Source: a virus
DNA length: 64,000 nt
Strand: one strand, 5' to 3'
Virus record (IMG/VR): IMGVR_UViG_3300050343_000199
Location: 128,819-192,818 of that record
Part shown: one piece after another, positions 53,764 through 64,000 of the stretch
Layout: every line of letters begins with the position of its first letter
Position numbering within the stretch: position 1 is the first letter of the stretch
Program-made: the position numbers and the translations under genes
The notes under the pieces: model-generated
The model's database searches: none
What the model was told of the DNA's origin: nothing
Seen by the model: the letters and a program-made list of their open reading frames with translations, nothing else

Positions 53764-55233
53764 TTAACTTGATCTAAGGTTTACTTTTATAACCTCATAC
53801 TTAAAGTTTTCATCATTATAAATGTTGACTCTCTCATTCAAATGTCTAAGGGTATAGTTCTGACCGCCAATGTCATCAGCGATATCGTATAAGGTTGCGA
53901 TGTCTTTGCCTTCGCCTTTCCTTAACACACGTCCAATTGATTGGAGATTACGGATGCGTGACTTACTAGGGGATGCAAAAATAATATTGTGTAATCTTTT
54001 AATATTAATACCTGTAGAGAATGTACCGTATGAAGCAAGGATTACGGCGTTGTTTTCAGTCTCTGTAATCTGACGAACTGATTCTCTGTCTTCAACATCA
54101 GTGCCACCGTGAACAAAAAATAATTTTCGTTCGGGGTCTATGTTACTATTTATCAATTCCAAAAGTGGTTCACCGTGCTTCTCAATATAGTTGAATAGCA
54201 CAAGAGTGTTCCCTTCAATATCTTTTACTAAATTTTTAATTAGATTATTTCTACCACGATGCTCTACAATGTAGTCCATTTCATCATGATATGATTCAAA
54301 ATGTTGCGGAGCATGTTTACAAAGTAAAATTTTTATTCTAAACTTGCTAAGATAACCTGACTTAATTAGATCATCTGTTTTAGTGACTTGTTCGCAATCA
54401 CCAAACAATCCTTCTAACACCCACTTGTGTGTCTTGGTGCCGTCCAGGGTGCCGGTAAAACCAAACCTATACTTTGCATTATGTAACTTGGTCATGATTC
54501 CTGTGAGGGACTTTGACTTAAATAGGTGTGCCTCATCACCGATAACACAGTCAATATCATCAAAGTATCTTTTTGGAAACTTGTAGATGGATTGCCAAGT
54601 GGAAATAATAATTGGTTTGTCTGTATTTTTATCCTTGCCTGAATATATCTTATGCACATGATCGTCAGCATTCCATCCATAGTCATTAAAGTCGTTGACC
54701 ATCTGTTCTACCAAGGACGTAGTAGGGACGATGATGAGCGTTTTCTTGTTGGTAGCAGTATAGTATCTGACGAGGGAATAGATCATCAAAGATTTACCAG
54801 ACCCCGTAGGAGAAAGTAATAACTTCCTATTATTTTTAATTGCTTCATATACAGCACGATACTGATACACTCTAGGTTTAATTTCAGATCGTGTAATTTT
54901 ATTCATGTAAGTTTCAATGCCTGCGTATGAAACAAAGTCATTAGTTTCTCTGACTTCTCCATACCAGTCATTAGTTTCATACTCAACTTTATATTGTCGT
55001 TCATCTGCCCAGACCTGCAGGTGCTTCATCAGACCACCATAAAGGTCGCCTGTACCAGGAGAGTACAGACGAATGGTTCCATCCCAGTATTTGTATCTGG
55101 GGTTCTTCTTCAGGAACTTTGCTTCAGGAACTTCAAAAGAAAAGTAATCTGAGAGCTCCTGATGCACATGGGGTTCTTCAGAATGGATAGTAATATATAC
55201 TTCGTTTTTCTTTTTAATAATTAAATTAGACAT
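53764..55233 (-). CDS. uvsW: SF2 RNA-DNA/DNA-DNA helicase
   Basis: SPTGSGKS, GDEAH, FTGT, QSIGRVLR. Confidence 0.96.
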   Translation of the reverse strand: MSNLIIKKKNEVYITIHSEEPHVHQELSDYFSFEVPEAKFLKKNPRYKYWDGTIRLYSPGTGDLYGGLMKHLQVWADERQYKVEYETNDWYGEVRETNDFVSYAGIETYMNKITRSEIKPRVYQYRAVYEAIKNNRKLLLSPTGSGKSLMIYSLVRYYTATNKKTLIIVPTTSLVEQMVNDFNDYGWNADDHVHKIYSGKDKNTDKPIIISTWQSIYKFPKRYFDDIDCVIGDEAHLFKSKSLTGIMTKLHNAKYRFGFTGTLDGTKTHKWVLEGLFGDCEQVTKTDDLIKSGYLSKFRIKILLCKHAPQHFESYHDEMDYIVEHRGRNNLIKNLVKDIEGNTLVLFNYIEKHGEPLLELINSNIDPERKLFFVHGGTDVEDRESVRQITETENNAVILASYGTFSTGINIKRLHNIIFASPSKSRIRNLQSIGRVLRKGEGKDIATLYDIADDIGGQNYTLRHLNERVNIYNDENFKYEVIKVNLRSS

Positions 55234-55798
55234 AAGGTCCGCCACCAAACCAAGAGACAATAGATTTTCTAACTCCTGATGTTATTGGATTAATTTTGTG
55301 CCAAGTATCCGATGGAAAAAATATAACTGTTCCTTTAGGTTCTTTAAATTTTACACTTCTTTCTTTTTCTAAAGGTCCAAAGAGTTCTAGTTCTAATTCA
55401 CCACCTTCATATTCTTCAGGATCATTTAAAAATAATGTAAGACTTATTTTTCTAATAGGAGTGTCTGGACACAAACCCATCTGCTGCATCTGAGATTTTA
55501 AAAGTCCTTGTGCATCAACATGCCAATCATAATAATCTCCTTCGTTATACAGAGTATATTGAATACCTTCACCTCCTAAAATTTGGAGATTCCATTCTGC
55601 ATCTACATTTACTTGATGGCAAAGAGTTAGCAACAGAGATCTAACTTCGTAATTTTCAATCCAATTAATTTTACATTTTCTTAAATCTTGATTACTTGCC
55701 TCACCTTTTTCAAGATTATTTTCTGCGATTGCATTTTCAATTATTGAAAGATCATGATCATTTAATTTAAATTTAGCGAGAGGATTACCGAATTTCAT
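55226..55798 (-). CDS. 2OG-Fe(II) oxygenase
   Basis: YDWHVD, YEGGEL, FPSDTWHKINPITSGVRKSIV. Confidence 0.92.
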   Translation of the reverse strand: MKFGNPLAKFKLNDHDLSIIENAIAENNLEKGEASNQDLRKCKINWIENYEVRSLLLTLCHQVNVDAEWNLQILGGEGIQYTLYNEGDYYDWHVDAQGLLKSQMQQMGLCPDTPIRKISLTLFLNDPEEYEGGELELELFGPLEKERSVKFKEPKGTVIFFPSDTWHKINPITSGVRKSIVSWFGGGPYV

Positions 55799-56271
55799 TA
55801 TTGTCCATTGACGAATTTTTCCCACTCAATTGCACTCTTGACCTGGAAACCTCTATTAGAAATTTGACGCATGACTTGATCTATCCAGTAAAGCATCTGG
55901 TCTAGATATTTAATTTTTGCCTCAAGGTTGATGATGTCTTCATCCGCCTCCAGGTAAGTTCTCATTTTTTCTGAAGTCTTAATGCTTGATCCGAAAGGTT
56001 TAGCAGCATATGTTTTAGCATCTGCTTCGCCTGAGTAATACTCACGCTTATTTTTTACCAGTTTGCGAATCTCAAATTCTAGCGAGGTCTTGATCTGCTG
56101 AATGTCAGTGTAGTGGTTTAAGTATTTATTATGCTGGAAAGGGATAGATAATGCGAGTTGTCCCAGATCTGTGGTATACTGTTTGTTCTTAAACTGAAAG
56201 TCAACTGCAGAATCTTCCGACCAGTCTTCTCTTAGTTTTTCAAATTTATTACGAAGGGTTTCAAAATTCAT
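55798..56271 (-). CDS. uvsY: Recombination mediator
   Basis: YYSGEA...KPF...YLEADED...RGFQVKSAIEW. Confidence 0.9.
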   Translation of the reverse strand: MNFETLRNKFEKLREDWSEDSAVDFQFKNKQYTTDLGQLALSIPFQHNKYLNHYTDIQQIKTSLEFEIRKLVKNKREYYSGEADAKTYAAKPFGSSIKTSEKMRTYLEADEDIINLEAKIKYLDQMLYWIDQVMRQISNRGFQVKSAIEWEKFVNGQ

Positions 56272-56780
56272 AAAGGTTGTAAATTCTCATTGCAAATAGT
56301 GTATTTCTCATACTTAAACGTTACGTCTGCAAGTAGATACTCCACATCTCCTACTGTAGCATCAAATTGAACTCCAGACAATGACACTGGAAAAATATTT
56401 TTAAAATCAATAATGTGATTTACATTATTATATGAAGTTAAAATGTGTAGTCGTGCTGATGAGTATTCATCTGGACCAGACGATTTTCCATTTGCCAATC
56501 CAAATTCAGTAATCCAATCATGTACTGTACGGTAATTAATTAATTCTTCATCAATAATAAACCGAACATTTAAATCTCCATAACTAACTCCGCCACTTGG
56601 AGCAATTGCTACACCTCTATATGGTGTAGGAACTTCAACAAATGGCATTGAAATATCTGGAATGCTTGCTGTCTGGCAGAAAAAATCTACACCACGAAAA
56701 ATTTCAAGATCCAGTTTAAACCCAACTGGAGATAAAAAGTTGCGGTTACCGATTTGTTCTTTGTACCATTCTGCAGGCAT
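56268..56780 (-). CDS. gp3: Tail tube terminator / sheath stabiliser
   Basis: NFLSPVGF, FFCQTASIP, FIIDEELINY, TFKY. Confidence 0.88.
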   Translation of the reverse strand: MPAEWYKEQIGNRNFLSPVGFKLDLEIFRGVDFFCQTASIPDISMPFVEVPTPYRGVAIAPSGGVSYGDLNVRFIIDEELINYRTVHDWITEFGLANGKSSGPDEYSSARLHILTSYNNVNHIIDFKNIFPVSLSGVQFDATVGDVEYLLADVTFKYEKYTICNENLQPL

Positions 56781-56805
56781 GTCAACTTCCCAAGCTACTT
56801 AGTAT

Positions 56806-56970
56806 TTATGGGTTGTCTGCATCAAGACCTAAACTAATTAAATATTCTGTCCACCAATCCGGATCTCTTTTCTGTCTCCATTCCGGAACTGGTAAACCAC
56901 GAAGCGAATAGTATTCATTAATCGCTTCATTGATAATCTGTGCGATCTCCAAATTCTTCTTCCTTTTCAT
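56806..56970 (-). CDS. Small hypothetical protein (start uncertain)
   Basis: ORF track 56806..57033; GLPVPEWRQKRDPDWW. Confidence 0.55.
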   Translation of the reverse strand: MKRKKNLEIAQIINEAINEYYSLRGLPVPEWRQKRDPDWWTEYLISLGLDADNP

Positions 56971-57139
56971 CAACGTCTGCATATGGATTGTCCAAGAATG
57001 GTCCTCGTTTTCGTGAAGGTTCTTTTCTGACATAATCCGATTCAGTGTTTACAGCGGACATCCAAACAACAAATTTCATTATAATAAAGATTGTTGCTAG
57101 TGGAGACAAACATAATAATAATACTAATGATTGATTCAT
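56927..57139 (-). CDS. Small membrane protein
   Basis: N-terminal TM helix; NPYADVDE. Confidence 0.7.
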   Translation of the reverse strand: MNQSLVLLLCLSPLATIFIIMKFVVWMSAVNTESDYVRKEPSRKRGPFLDNPYADVDEKEEEFGDRTDYQ

Positions 57140-57303
57140 TGACTATATTCGTTTATGATATCTAATATCTTATCTAGGGAATCATGAGCACCGTCATACC
57201 ATTGACCTGTCATACCAGAATTCGTTTCTTTATTGTACAGATCTGTTTTTAATTTATATACCTTTGCAAGCATATCTGTTTTATGTAAGCTACCACGAGG
57301 CAT
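57136..57303 (-). CDS. Small hypothetical protein, 55 aa (not in ORF track)
   Basis: Hand translation MPRGSLHKTDMLAKVYKLKTDLYNKETNSGMTGQWYDGAHDSLDKILDIINEYSQ*. Confidence 0.7.
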   Translation of the reverse strand: MPRGSLHKTDMLAKVYKLKTDLYNKETNSGMTGQWYDGAHDSLDKILDIINEYSQ

Positions 57304-57336
57304 AATAATTAAACGATACTACTTCTATTTAAGCAT

Positions 57337-57362
57337 AAAAAAAGGGACCCCGCAGGGTCCCT
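57337..57362 (-). terminator. Terminator after gp23
   Basis: AGGGACCC-tgc-GGGGTCCCT plus T run on the minus strand. Confidence 0.85.
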
Positions 57363-57382
57363 GTGTTGATATCGTAACGATA

Positions 57383-58768
57383 TCACATGAGGTTCTGAAC
57401 CAATACACGACGGTAGTACTGGTTACGTGAAGCGGTAAGTGCTTCAGCATCAGGTGTACCGTTAGCCTGGGTGACGAATGGGTTAGCGACCATGCCGTAG
57501 CGGGTCTTAAATCCAATCTTGGGCTGGAAGGTGTCAGGACCGATTGAGCGGACCATCTGGAGGGGTACGTATGGGCAGTAGAACAGACCCGAATCATAAG
57601 GGGAAGTACCCTTATAACCAACTACGTAGTAGTGGGAGTTAGAAACGTTAGCAGAGTAAGGATCAACGAAGACCTTAATGCGACCGTTCATGGTTCCAAC
57701 TAGAAGGTTACCGGTGTCATCAACTTCACCGATGGAAGGACCACCAGCACCAGTTAGACCTGAGGTGTAGTCTAGAGTACCAGACATCGCGAGAGCAGAA
57801 GCAACATCAGCAGAAGTGATGATGAAGTTGCCCTTTCCTCTACGAGTCTCTTGTGCGATTGCGTTGGCATCGCGCTCAATTTGGAACATAAGTCCCTTGA
57901 ATTTTTCAACTGACCATCTGCCGTTGGAGTCAACGTCTAGGTCAAATTTACCAGCGTTGGCAGTGTTGTTCTGAGCACCAGGCTTAGCGATGGTGTACAC
58001 AGTACGAACAACTTCACGGTTGATCTCAGCAAGGATCTCGCTAGACAGAATGTTAGCAAGTTCCTGTTCAGCATCAAGACCATGAATTGCCTTAAGGTCT
58101 TGTGCCAATTCCAAGGTGTATTCTGCTTTGAGAGCTCTGGACTGTGCAGTCACAGAAGTCTTCTCAATGCTGAATGACATCTCGCGGAATAGTTTTCCGC
58201 TTTCTCCTAGTGCCTCAGCGTCCTCACGTGCCATGGGCTTAACGCCACGGTCATAAGTACCTGAATCGTTAAGAAGACCGGGGTTGCTGCCTGCAACGGG
58301 GTTAGCGGTGTCGTATGCGTTTGCGGTTGCATCGTATCCTGCAGAGAAGTCGCTGTCGGGTTCGTTGTACAGTGCTTCAACACCGTCACGACCTTCATAC
58401 TGACTCTTCATTGCGAAGATTAGTCCGGTAGGACCAGACATGGGTTGAACGCCACAAATGTCATAGGCAATGAGGTTAGGCATTGCACGACGGATGAGGC
58501 TGATCATTACAGGATCAAATCCAGCAAGACCACCAGTTTGGGTGGATAGACCTGAACCAGATAGTGCGTTACCACCGATAGCACCAGCAGAATTACCTGC
58601 TGATCCACCAGCTTCGTTAAGCATACCGCGCTCTTCGCGCATGAATCTTTCTTGGTTTTCTAACAGAACAGCGGTAACACTCTTTCTATAGTTGTCAGTG
58701 ATGGCTGAAGAGCCTTCATGACCTAGAACAGGTGCCCACTTTTCGGTTAGAGCTTGTGCATTAAACAT
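57383..58768 (-). CDS. gp23: Major capsid protein
   Basis: IRRAMPNLIA, QPMSGPTGLIFA, SRALKAEYT, FQPKIGFKTRYG. Confidence 0.99.
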   Translation of the reverse strand: MFNAQALTEKWAPVLGHEGSSAITDNYRKSVTAVLLENQERFMREERGMLNEAGGSAGNSAGAIGGNALSGSGLSTQTGGLAGFDPVMISLIRRAMPNLIAYDICGVQPMSGPTGLIFAMKSQYEGRDGVEALYNEPDSDFSAGYDATANAYDTANPVAGSNPGLLNDSGTYDRGVKPMAREDAEALGESGKLFREMSFSIEKTSVTAQSRALKAEYTLELAQDLKAIHGLDAEQELANILSSEILAEINREVVRTVYTIAKPGAQNNTANAGKFDLDVDSNGRWSVEKFKGLMFQIERDANAIAQETRRGKGNFIITSADVASALAMSGTLDYTSGLTGAGGPSIGEVDDTGNLLVGTMNGRIKVFVDPYSANVSNSHYYVVGYKGTSPYDSGLFYCPYVPLQMVRSIGPDTFQPKIGFKTRYGMVANPFVTQANGTPDAEALTASRNQYYRRVLVQNLM

Positions 58769-58804
58769 TTTTAGCTCCGAATTAAAAAATAGGTTTTATA
58801 ATAA

Positions 58805-59965
58805 TCACTTCCAGCGATTGAGGGCAGTAAGGTATTGTGCCATTGCTGGTGTTACCTCTACGCCTACTCCTTCAACTGGAGTTTCATCAGCAACTTCTGC
58901 TGTGGGAGTAGAAACTGAATTCTTGAAGTATGACTCTTTGATAGTTTTAACTTTCTTAGAGAAATCTTCTTCAGTTACATACTCTAGACCCTCAGCAAGT
59001 GCTGCGAGTTTTTCTTTTTGAGTATCTGCAAGTCCTTCTGACACATTGGACAGAACATTGAGTTTGGCAGACTCGTTAAGACGATTCTGTAGTTTCACAT
59101 TTGCCTTGACCTGTTCGTCTAGGCGCTCTTCCATTTCACGAATAGATTCAGCCATACCTTCTACCACGTCAACCTTGTCGTCGGGGATAGCGATATAGTG
59201 TTCTTCAAAGAGACCTTTGAGACCTGCGATGAAGTCTTCAGTGATCTCATTTTTGATGCCACGATCAACAGCTACTTGATTTTCTTCTAGCCATTGTGTG
59301 ACTGCGTAGTTTACAGTTCCGTTAACTTCCTCAGAGAGTTCTGCATTAGCAGATTCTACTTGCTTCTCTAATTCTTTACCGAAATGCTCTACAAGCTTGT
59401 CATACTCTTCAGAAATTTTCGCTTTGACAGCAGCTTCAAAAATAGTTTTTGCTTTCTCAGCGAACTCTTCCGAGAGTTCTGTGCCTTCTAAGAGGGCACT
59501 AATGTCTGATGACATATCCAGCTCTTCAAATGCTGGTTTGATAGGATAAGATACGTTTGGACCTTTCTTAGTTCCATAAGCAATTTCCGCGCCAAGTGTA
59601 TTGGCACCTGCTTCATCACCAGGTTTACCTGATGGTGAAGTAACACTACCGTCTTGTGAGACGGGTGCTGCTGCTTTAGCACCAGGATTTTCTTCGCCTT
59701 CTTCTTTATTAGAATGAAGTGGTTCAGACTGCGAACCACCAAGATCAGTTTGTGACTGATTAGGTGCAACTGATGTAGGTACTGTAGGCATTGGATCTTT
59801 ACCACTGCCGTTTTGTTGAGGATCACCCGAAATTGCTGAGGGGTCTGAGCCTGTACCAGGAATTACTGAAGCAGTTACACGAGGCATAGGATCTGCCCCG
59901 GCTTCCATAACGACTTGCTGACCGCTCAGAAACTCCTCAAACTTTTCGTTTAACATGTCTGACAT
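58805..59965 (-). CDS. gp22: Prohead core scaffold protein
   Basis: EFAEKAKTIFEAAV, LKGLFEEHYI; between gp21 and gp23; ATAAATA at 60004-60010. Confidence 0.92.
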   Translation of the reverse strand: MSDMLNEKFEEFLSGQQVVMEAGADPMPRVTASVIPGTGSDPSAISGDPQQNGSGKDPMPTVPTSVAPNQSQTDLGGSQSEPLHSNKEEGEENPGAKAAAPVSQDGSVTSPSGKPGDEAGANTLGAEIAYGTKKGPNVSYPIKPAFEELDMSSDISALLEGTELSEEFAEKAKTIFEAAVKAKISEEYDKLVEHFGKELEKQVESANAELSEEVNGTVNYAVTQWLEENQVAVDRGIKNEITEDFIAGLKGLFEEHYIAIPDDKVDVVEGMAESIREMEERLDEQVKANVKLQNRLNESAKLNVLSNVSEGLADTQKEKLAALAEGLEYVTEEDFSKKVKTIKESYFKNSVSTPTAEVADETPVEGVGVEVTPAMAQYLTALNRWK

Positions 59966-60013
59966 TTTGAGTCCTTCCGTAAATCTTATGATTATCTATA
60001 GTTTATTTATTAA

Positions 60014-60658
60014 TTATAAACCTGCGAGGAAGTTTTGGAACACTTGAAGCGTTCTCTCCTCTAGGTTTTGGCGAGTAGATTCGCCTATGTGACGTTGATA
60101 TTTAGCAACCTGGGACTCCTTAAGAATTCCATTATCCCAAACCCACTCCTTGCCTTCCATGATACCATTGACAAAAGCATCTGGTGCAGAAGGATCTGCC
60201 ACGATATCGGCAGCTGTAGCAAGCATAAAGTCATCCATGACATACGCGGTACTTTCACGCTTATCAATACTTCCCATTCCGCGTGAAGATACACCAAGTT
60301 GTACACCTTCACCCAAGAGAGATTTAGCAATCTTCCCCATAGGAGTATCTAAGATTTGCGCTTTTCCCATAAAGTTATTACCTTCTGCTCTAAGCGAAGT
60401 AATTCTGTGGGAAACTCTATCAAGGTTGACAGTTGGACCATCAGGATGACCCAACTCACCAAGAGCACGATTAGTTTTAACATACTCTTCGTTATAACGT
60501 CCGACTTCACGTTCTAAAACTTGAAATGGATAAACACGACCGTTCCTATTCTTCAGTTCTGACTGAAGAAAAACACCTTCAATGTATAATTTTTTATCAT
60601 CACCAATTCCTTCGGTGATAACACGTACATCTTCAATCTGTTCCGTTATCAGTTTCAT
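60014..60658 (-). CDS. gp21: Prohead protease
   Basis: NRNGRVY, ALGELGHP, GVSSRGMGS. Confidence 0.97.
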   Translation of the reverse strand: MKLITEQIEDVRVITEGIGDDKKLYIEGVFLQSELKNRNGRVYPFQVLEREVGRYNEEYVKTNRALGELGHPDGPTVNLDRVSHRITSLRAEGNNFMGKAQILDTPMGKIAKSLLGEGVQLGVSSRGMGSIDKRESTAYVMDDFMLATAADIVADPSAPDAFVNGIMEGKEWVWDNGILKESQVAKYQRHIGESTRQNLEERTLQVFQNFLAGL

Positions 60659-60854
60659 TAGTTTCCGTCTCTACTGGTTCGTCAAAGTAAGTCTTGGCAA
60701 CACTTTGTTTGTATGTTGATAAAGTTTCTGATGCTTTTGCATATAGCAAATCTTGAATAGCATCAATTGCTTTTGACCTTTCATTGTCTGCAATAGCAGT
60801 TACAATGTTAACAACTTCCGCTTCCGGATTAACCGGATTAATATTATTTTCCAT
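60633..60854 (-). CDS. Small prohead core protein (gp67/68 position)
   Basis: Acidic 73 aa between gp20 and gp21. Confidence 0.7.
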   Translation of the reverse strand: MENNINPVNPEAEVVNIVTAIADNERSKAIDAIQDLLYAKASETLSTYKQSVAKTYFDEPVETETNETDNGTD

Positions 60855-60864
60855 GACTTATTGT

Positions 60865-62562
60865 TTATTTAGTATTAGTAGAAGGTTGAGACTTTGCTAT
60901 CTGTAATTGTTTTTGATGGGCATCATCTGCTTTTTCTTGTTCTCTTTCATGTGAATCATCAGCTTGTTGCGCTGCAATTTCTGGTTGGAATGCTTGGTTC
61001 TGACGATCCATCATATCAAAAGTGTTGATATCTGCTGGATTCATTGCTAAACCAGAATCAATTTCTGATCGCATTTGTCTATCAATTTCTTTGTATTCTT
61101 TTTCGTTTTGTTGTAGAACCTGTCTTCTTACATACTCAAGAGAAAAATACTTGCCAACAAAAGGATCCATTTGAGTTGCAAGATTGATGCGTTGCATCAT
61201 TAGTTCTTGTTCTTTTAACTCATTGAAATGATTATCAAATAAGAAGTCATATTGAATATGCTCCTTCATTTCATCCCAATCTTCAGGAGAAATTACTCCT
61301 TTGAGAATAAGTTGTGTCTTGAGGATATCGTGAAAGAGTTCTCCGAAACGTTTACGTAGACGACCAATAAATTTAGTAAATTTAAGTTCATCACGAAGTA
61401 CTTCAGTACTCTTGCCAAGATTAAATCCTTTACTCTCATCTGTAAGACGAGAGGGTGGGAGATTCAGAGAGTTGTATAGTTTCTTTTTAAAATACTCAAC
61501 GTCCTTAAGCTCGCCTAGGTTCTGACCACCAGGTAGAGTTGTGATTTCTGTACCACGACCGCCTTCACGACGGGGTAACCAGAAATCCTCAAGCATACTC
61601 ATATGCTTTTTGTCGTCACGAATCTCGCCAGTGCTAGCATCGTATACAAGCTTGTTACGATAACGTGCCATGACATCACGTAGGTACTGTTCCGCTTTTA
61701 CTTTAGGAAGGTTGCCAACGTCAATATAAAAGATTCTACGTTCTGGTGCGCGTGACAATCTGTAAATAACTAGAGCATCTTCAATCATCCTTAGTTGATT
61801 GAGTGATTTAATTCCCTTGTGTAGGAAACTCAAGTGCATTCTTTTATTTAAATCTTGAACACCAGAAGAACAAAATGCAATAGAATCTGCAGCAATTTTA
61901 ATTCCTTGGGCGTTTGACATATCACCAATTGGACCAAGAGCGCCGCCCTTTAAATATCCTTTGGGATTGTATAAAAAATAATCAACGTAATGACCCCACT
62001 CATATTCTAGGGCAGTACCTTTTATTGCTCGGTTTAATCTTGGATCCGATGAACCCGAATCTAATTTTTGTCTGACCTTACGCATTTTAAGCGGGTCAAT
62101 ATAACGTAATTCAAGAATTCCTTTTTTTGGATTATCTAAATCAATTACTTTATGGTAAAATAATTTACCATCAATATACCAACTACGAACTATTTCGTGA
62201 GCACGGTTATCAAAATTCAACATTTGTTTGATTTTATCAAACTCATCACGAATTTTTTTCTTAACTCCAGAACCAATTTCTAGATTATTTAAATCAACTT
62301 CAACACAACTATCGTTGGCATCACTAACTACAAATTCATTTACAATTTCATCCACAGCAGAATCTACTTCTGGATGTAGAGACATGTCTCTATAACGTTT
62401 GATCAGTTCAAACTCATTCCTTGCAGTAGCGTCTGTGTCTACATATGTTCCAAAATAACCGCCTGCTGCAATAGAGACTGGCTCGTCAGCAGAAGGAGGG
62501 ACAGGGGATTGACCCTTCTGACCCTCCTTACGATTAATTTGAAAGCCAAATAACTGACTCAT
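60865..62562 (-). CDS. gp20: Portal vertex protein
   Basis: MSQLFGF, RAPERRIFYIDVG, EDFWLPRREGGRGTEI. Confidence 0.98.
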   Translation of the reverse strand: MSQLFGFQINRKEGQKGQSPVPPSADEPVSIAAGGYFGTYVDTDATARNEFELIKRYRDMSLHPEVDSAVDEIVNEFVVSDANDSCVEVDLNNLEIGSGVKKKIRDEFDKIKQMLNFDNRAHEIVRSWYIDGKLFYHKVIDLDNPKKGILELRYIDPLKMRKVRQKLDSGSSDPRLNRAIKGTALEYEWGHYVDYFLYNPKGYLKGGALGPIGDMSNAQGIKIAADSIAFCSSGVQDLNKRMHLSFLHKGIKSLNQLRMIEDALVIYRLSRAPERRIFYIDVGNLPKVKAEQYLRDVMARYRNKLVYDASTGEIRDDKKHMSMLEDFWLPRREGGRGTEITTLPGGQNLGELKDVEYFKKKLYNSLNLPPSRLTDESKGFNLGKSTEVLRDELKFTKFIGRLRKRFGELFHDILKTQLILKGVISPEDWDEMKEHIQYDFLFDNHFNELKEQELMMQRINLATQMDPFVGKYFSLEYVRRQVLQQNEKEYKEIDRQMRSEIDSGLAMNPADINTFDMMDRQNQAFQPEIAAQQADDSHEREQEKADDAHQKQLQIAKSQPSTNTK

Positions 62563-62593
62563 AATAATTGTTCAACTGTACGCTTCCTATTAT

Positions 62594-63157
62594 TTAGGCA
62601 ACCGTAATACCTGCTTCTCCGGCATTCTCAACTGTCCAGTATGAATACTGGAATTCAACTGAGAATTCTTCAATTTGATCATTGCTATCATAAGCAAGAT
62701 CAATTGCAGAAGATGCTGTTGGAAATGCATACCAAAGTTTGTAAGTTCTTAGAACCTTACCTTCAGTTTTCTCATCTTTTTCCATTTGATGAACGAAGAG
62801 ATGCTTACCATAAACGGTAGGATCAATGACTTCGTTTACATTGGATTCGTGACTGTTCATTTGTCTCATCCAATCCTCAAAGAAGGCACGAATTTTCATG
62901 TCTTCATCATTAATAAAGGTAGCACTCCAATTGTCAAACGTGCGGTCTCCCGCAATTTTAACTGTGCGCCCACGGAAAGGAACTTCAATTACACCTACAT
63001 TGGATGCTGGTAGAGCAGCAGACTTGCACATATATGATGCAAGGTTCTGCTTTGCTGAATCATCTCCAGGGAATGCAATATCCACCCTGAACATATTGGG
63101 TCTTACACCCTGTTTTACTTTGTTTAAAAAACCAGAGACTGAATTAGTTACTGACAT
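62594..63157 (-). CDS. gp19: Tail tube protein
   Basis: RPNMF, PFRGRTVKIAGDRTF, DQIEEFSVEFQY. Confidence 0.96.
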   Translation of the reverse strand: MSVTNSVSGFLNKVKQGVRPNMFRVDIAFPGDDSAKQNLASYMCKSAALPASNVGVIEVPFRGRTVKIAGDRTFDNWSATFINDEDMKIRAFFEDWMRQMNSHESNVNEVIDPTVYGKHLFVHQMEKDEKTEGKVLRTYKLWYAFPTASSAIDLAYDSNDQIEEFSVEFQYSYWTVENAGEAGITVA

Positions 63158-63194
63158 TTTTCTAGTTACTCCTTACTGTTGTATTTAATGATGA

Positions 63195-64000
63195 TCAGCG
63201 TCCAACTACTTCGCTGAAGGAAACTCCAGTTCGTGTTGCAGTAAATGTTACTGAAACGTAGTTGATGGAGCGAGCGGGTTTGATGAAGATTTCTGCAACA
63301 AATTCGTTGCGGTCAATAACATCAGGGGTGTTATTGGTTTCATCACAAACAACTAGGAAATCAGTGATTCCCTGAGCAGCAACGATGTTATCTAGATAAC
63401 CACCGATTGCACCAGCAAATGAGGTGCGAGTAGTTGTATCGTTGATTTCAAAAAGAACACTCTTAGAAAGTTGTTCAACTCTTTTCTCAACGTTAAGGAA
63501 GAGACGGCGAACATTAATTCTATCAAATGCTGATGGCGCAGCAAGAGCAGTTTTATCACCAAACAATACAGCACCGCTACCTGGGAAGGTTACGACTGGA
63601 TTAATTCTGTTCTGATAAAGTTCGTCTCTATCTGCTTTGTTTGGATTGAATGCCAGTTTAATTACGTTGCGAAGACCGCCACGGTTCATGCCAGCAGGAG
63701 AAATCCAATCAGCAACTGTTTCTGAAGTATTAACACAAAGACCAGCAATGTCTCCATTGCAAGGAACATAGCGATACTTATCATTAAAACGATCATACAT
63801 GTACTTGTAACCGCTATCAAGAACAGCGTATGAAGTAGATGTAATTGTATTGAAGAAATTAACTGTGTTAGTTCTTTGATCTGAAGATGACAACGCAGTT
63901 CCACCACTACCAATTTGATTTCCTTTATGAGGAGAAACAAATGCGATGCAATCTTTACGGAGGGCAGCAACTGCTACACATTTCTGTGCTTTAGCAAGTG
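63195..64000 (-). CDS. gp18: Tail sheath protein (5' end beyond the window)
   Basis: WISPAGMNRG, LYQNRINPV, FDRINVRRLF, IKPARSINY. Confidence 0.96.
   Translation of the reverse strand, partial: LAKAQKCVAVAALRKDCIAFVSPHKGNQIGSGGTALSSSDQRTNTVNFFNTITSTSYAVLDSGYKYMYDRFNDKYRYVPCNGDIAGLCVNTSETVADWISPAGMNRGGLRNVIKLAFNPNKADRDELYQNRINPVVTFPGSGAVLFGDKTALAAPSAFDRINVRRLFLNVEKRVEQLSKSVLFEINDTTTRTSFAGAIGGYLDNIVAAQGITDFLVVCDETNNTPDVIDRNEFVAEIFIKPARSINYVSVTFTATRTGVSFSEVVGR

Noticed and set aside
57325-57621. Alternative-frame ORF over the gp23 3' end
   Set aside because: Shadow frame with no initiation signal that runs through the terminator

Overview
A 64 kb segment of a T4-like marine cyanomyophage genome (Kyanoviridae-type). 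psbA plus psbD and five tRNAs point to a Synechococcus host. Almost everything is on the minus strand. From the right end: capsid/tail module (gp18 partial, 19, 20, 21, 22, 23, 3), recombination/replication module (uvsY, uvsW, 55, 47, 46, cobS with a VWA partner, 45, 44, 62, regA, hsp20, 43, uvsX, 41, 61, nrdA/B), and an accessory region (halogenase, mazG, petF, speD, dam, talC, tRNAs, tail-fibre-like and S8-peptidase virion proteins, a small plus-strand island of secreted proteins, hli x2, psbA, psbD, thyX, phoH partial). The most striking element is a compact candidate nitrogen-sensing cassette at 2552-3035: an NtcA-type box next to a perfect sigma70 promoter, two tandem glutamine-riboswitch-like aptamers, and a DUF4278-like peptide gene. 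The second aptamer has a complete unlisted 54-aa ORF inside its P2 loop. Other leads: a membrane-anchored ORF overprinted on a GIY-YIG gene next to a cell-wall hydrolase, an S8 peptidase with two type-1-copper-like motifs, a T4-style hairpin/late-promoter translational switch, a recurrent 22-bp promoter dyad, and two opposite single-base frameshifts in gp43. All family assignments are by motif recognition from memory; no database searches were run.
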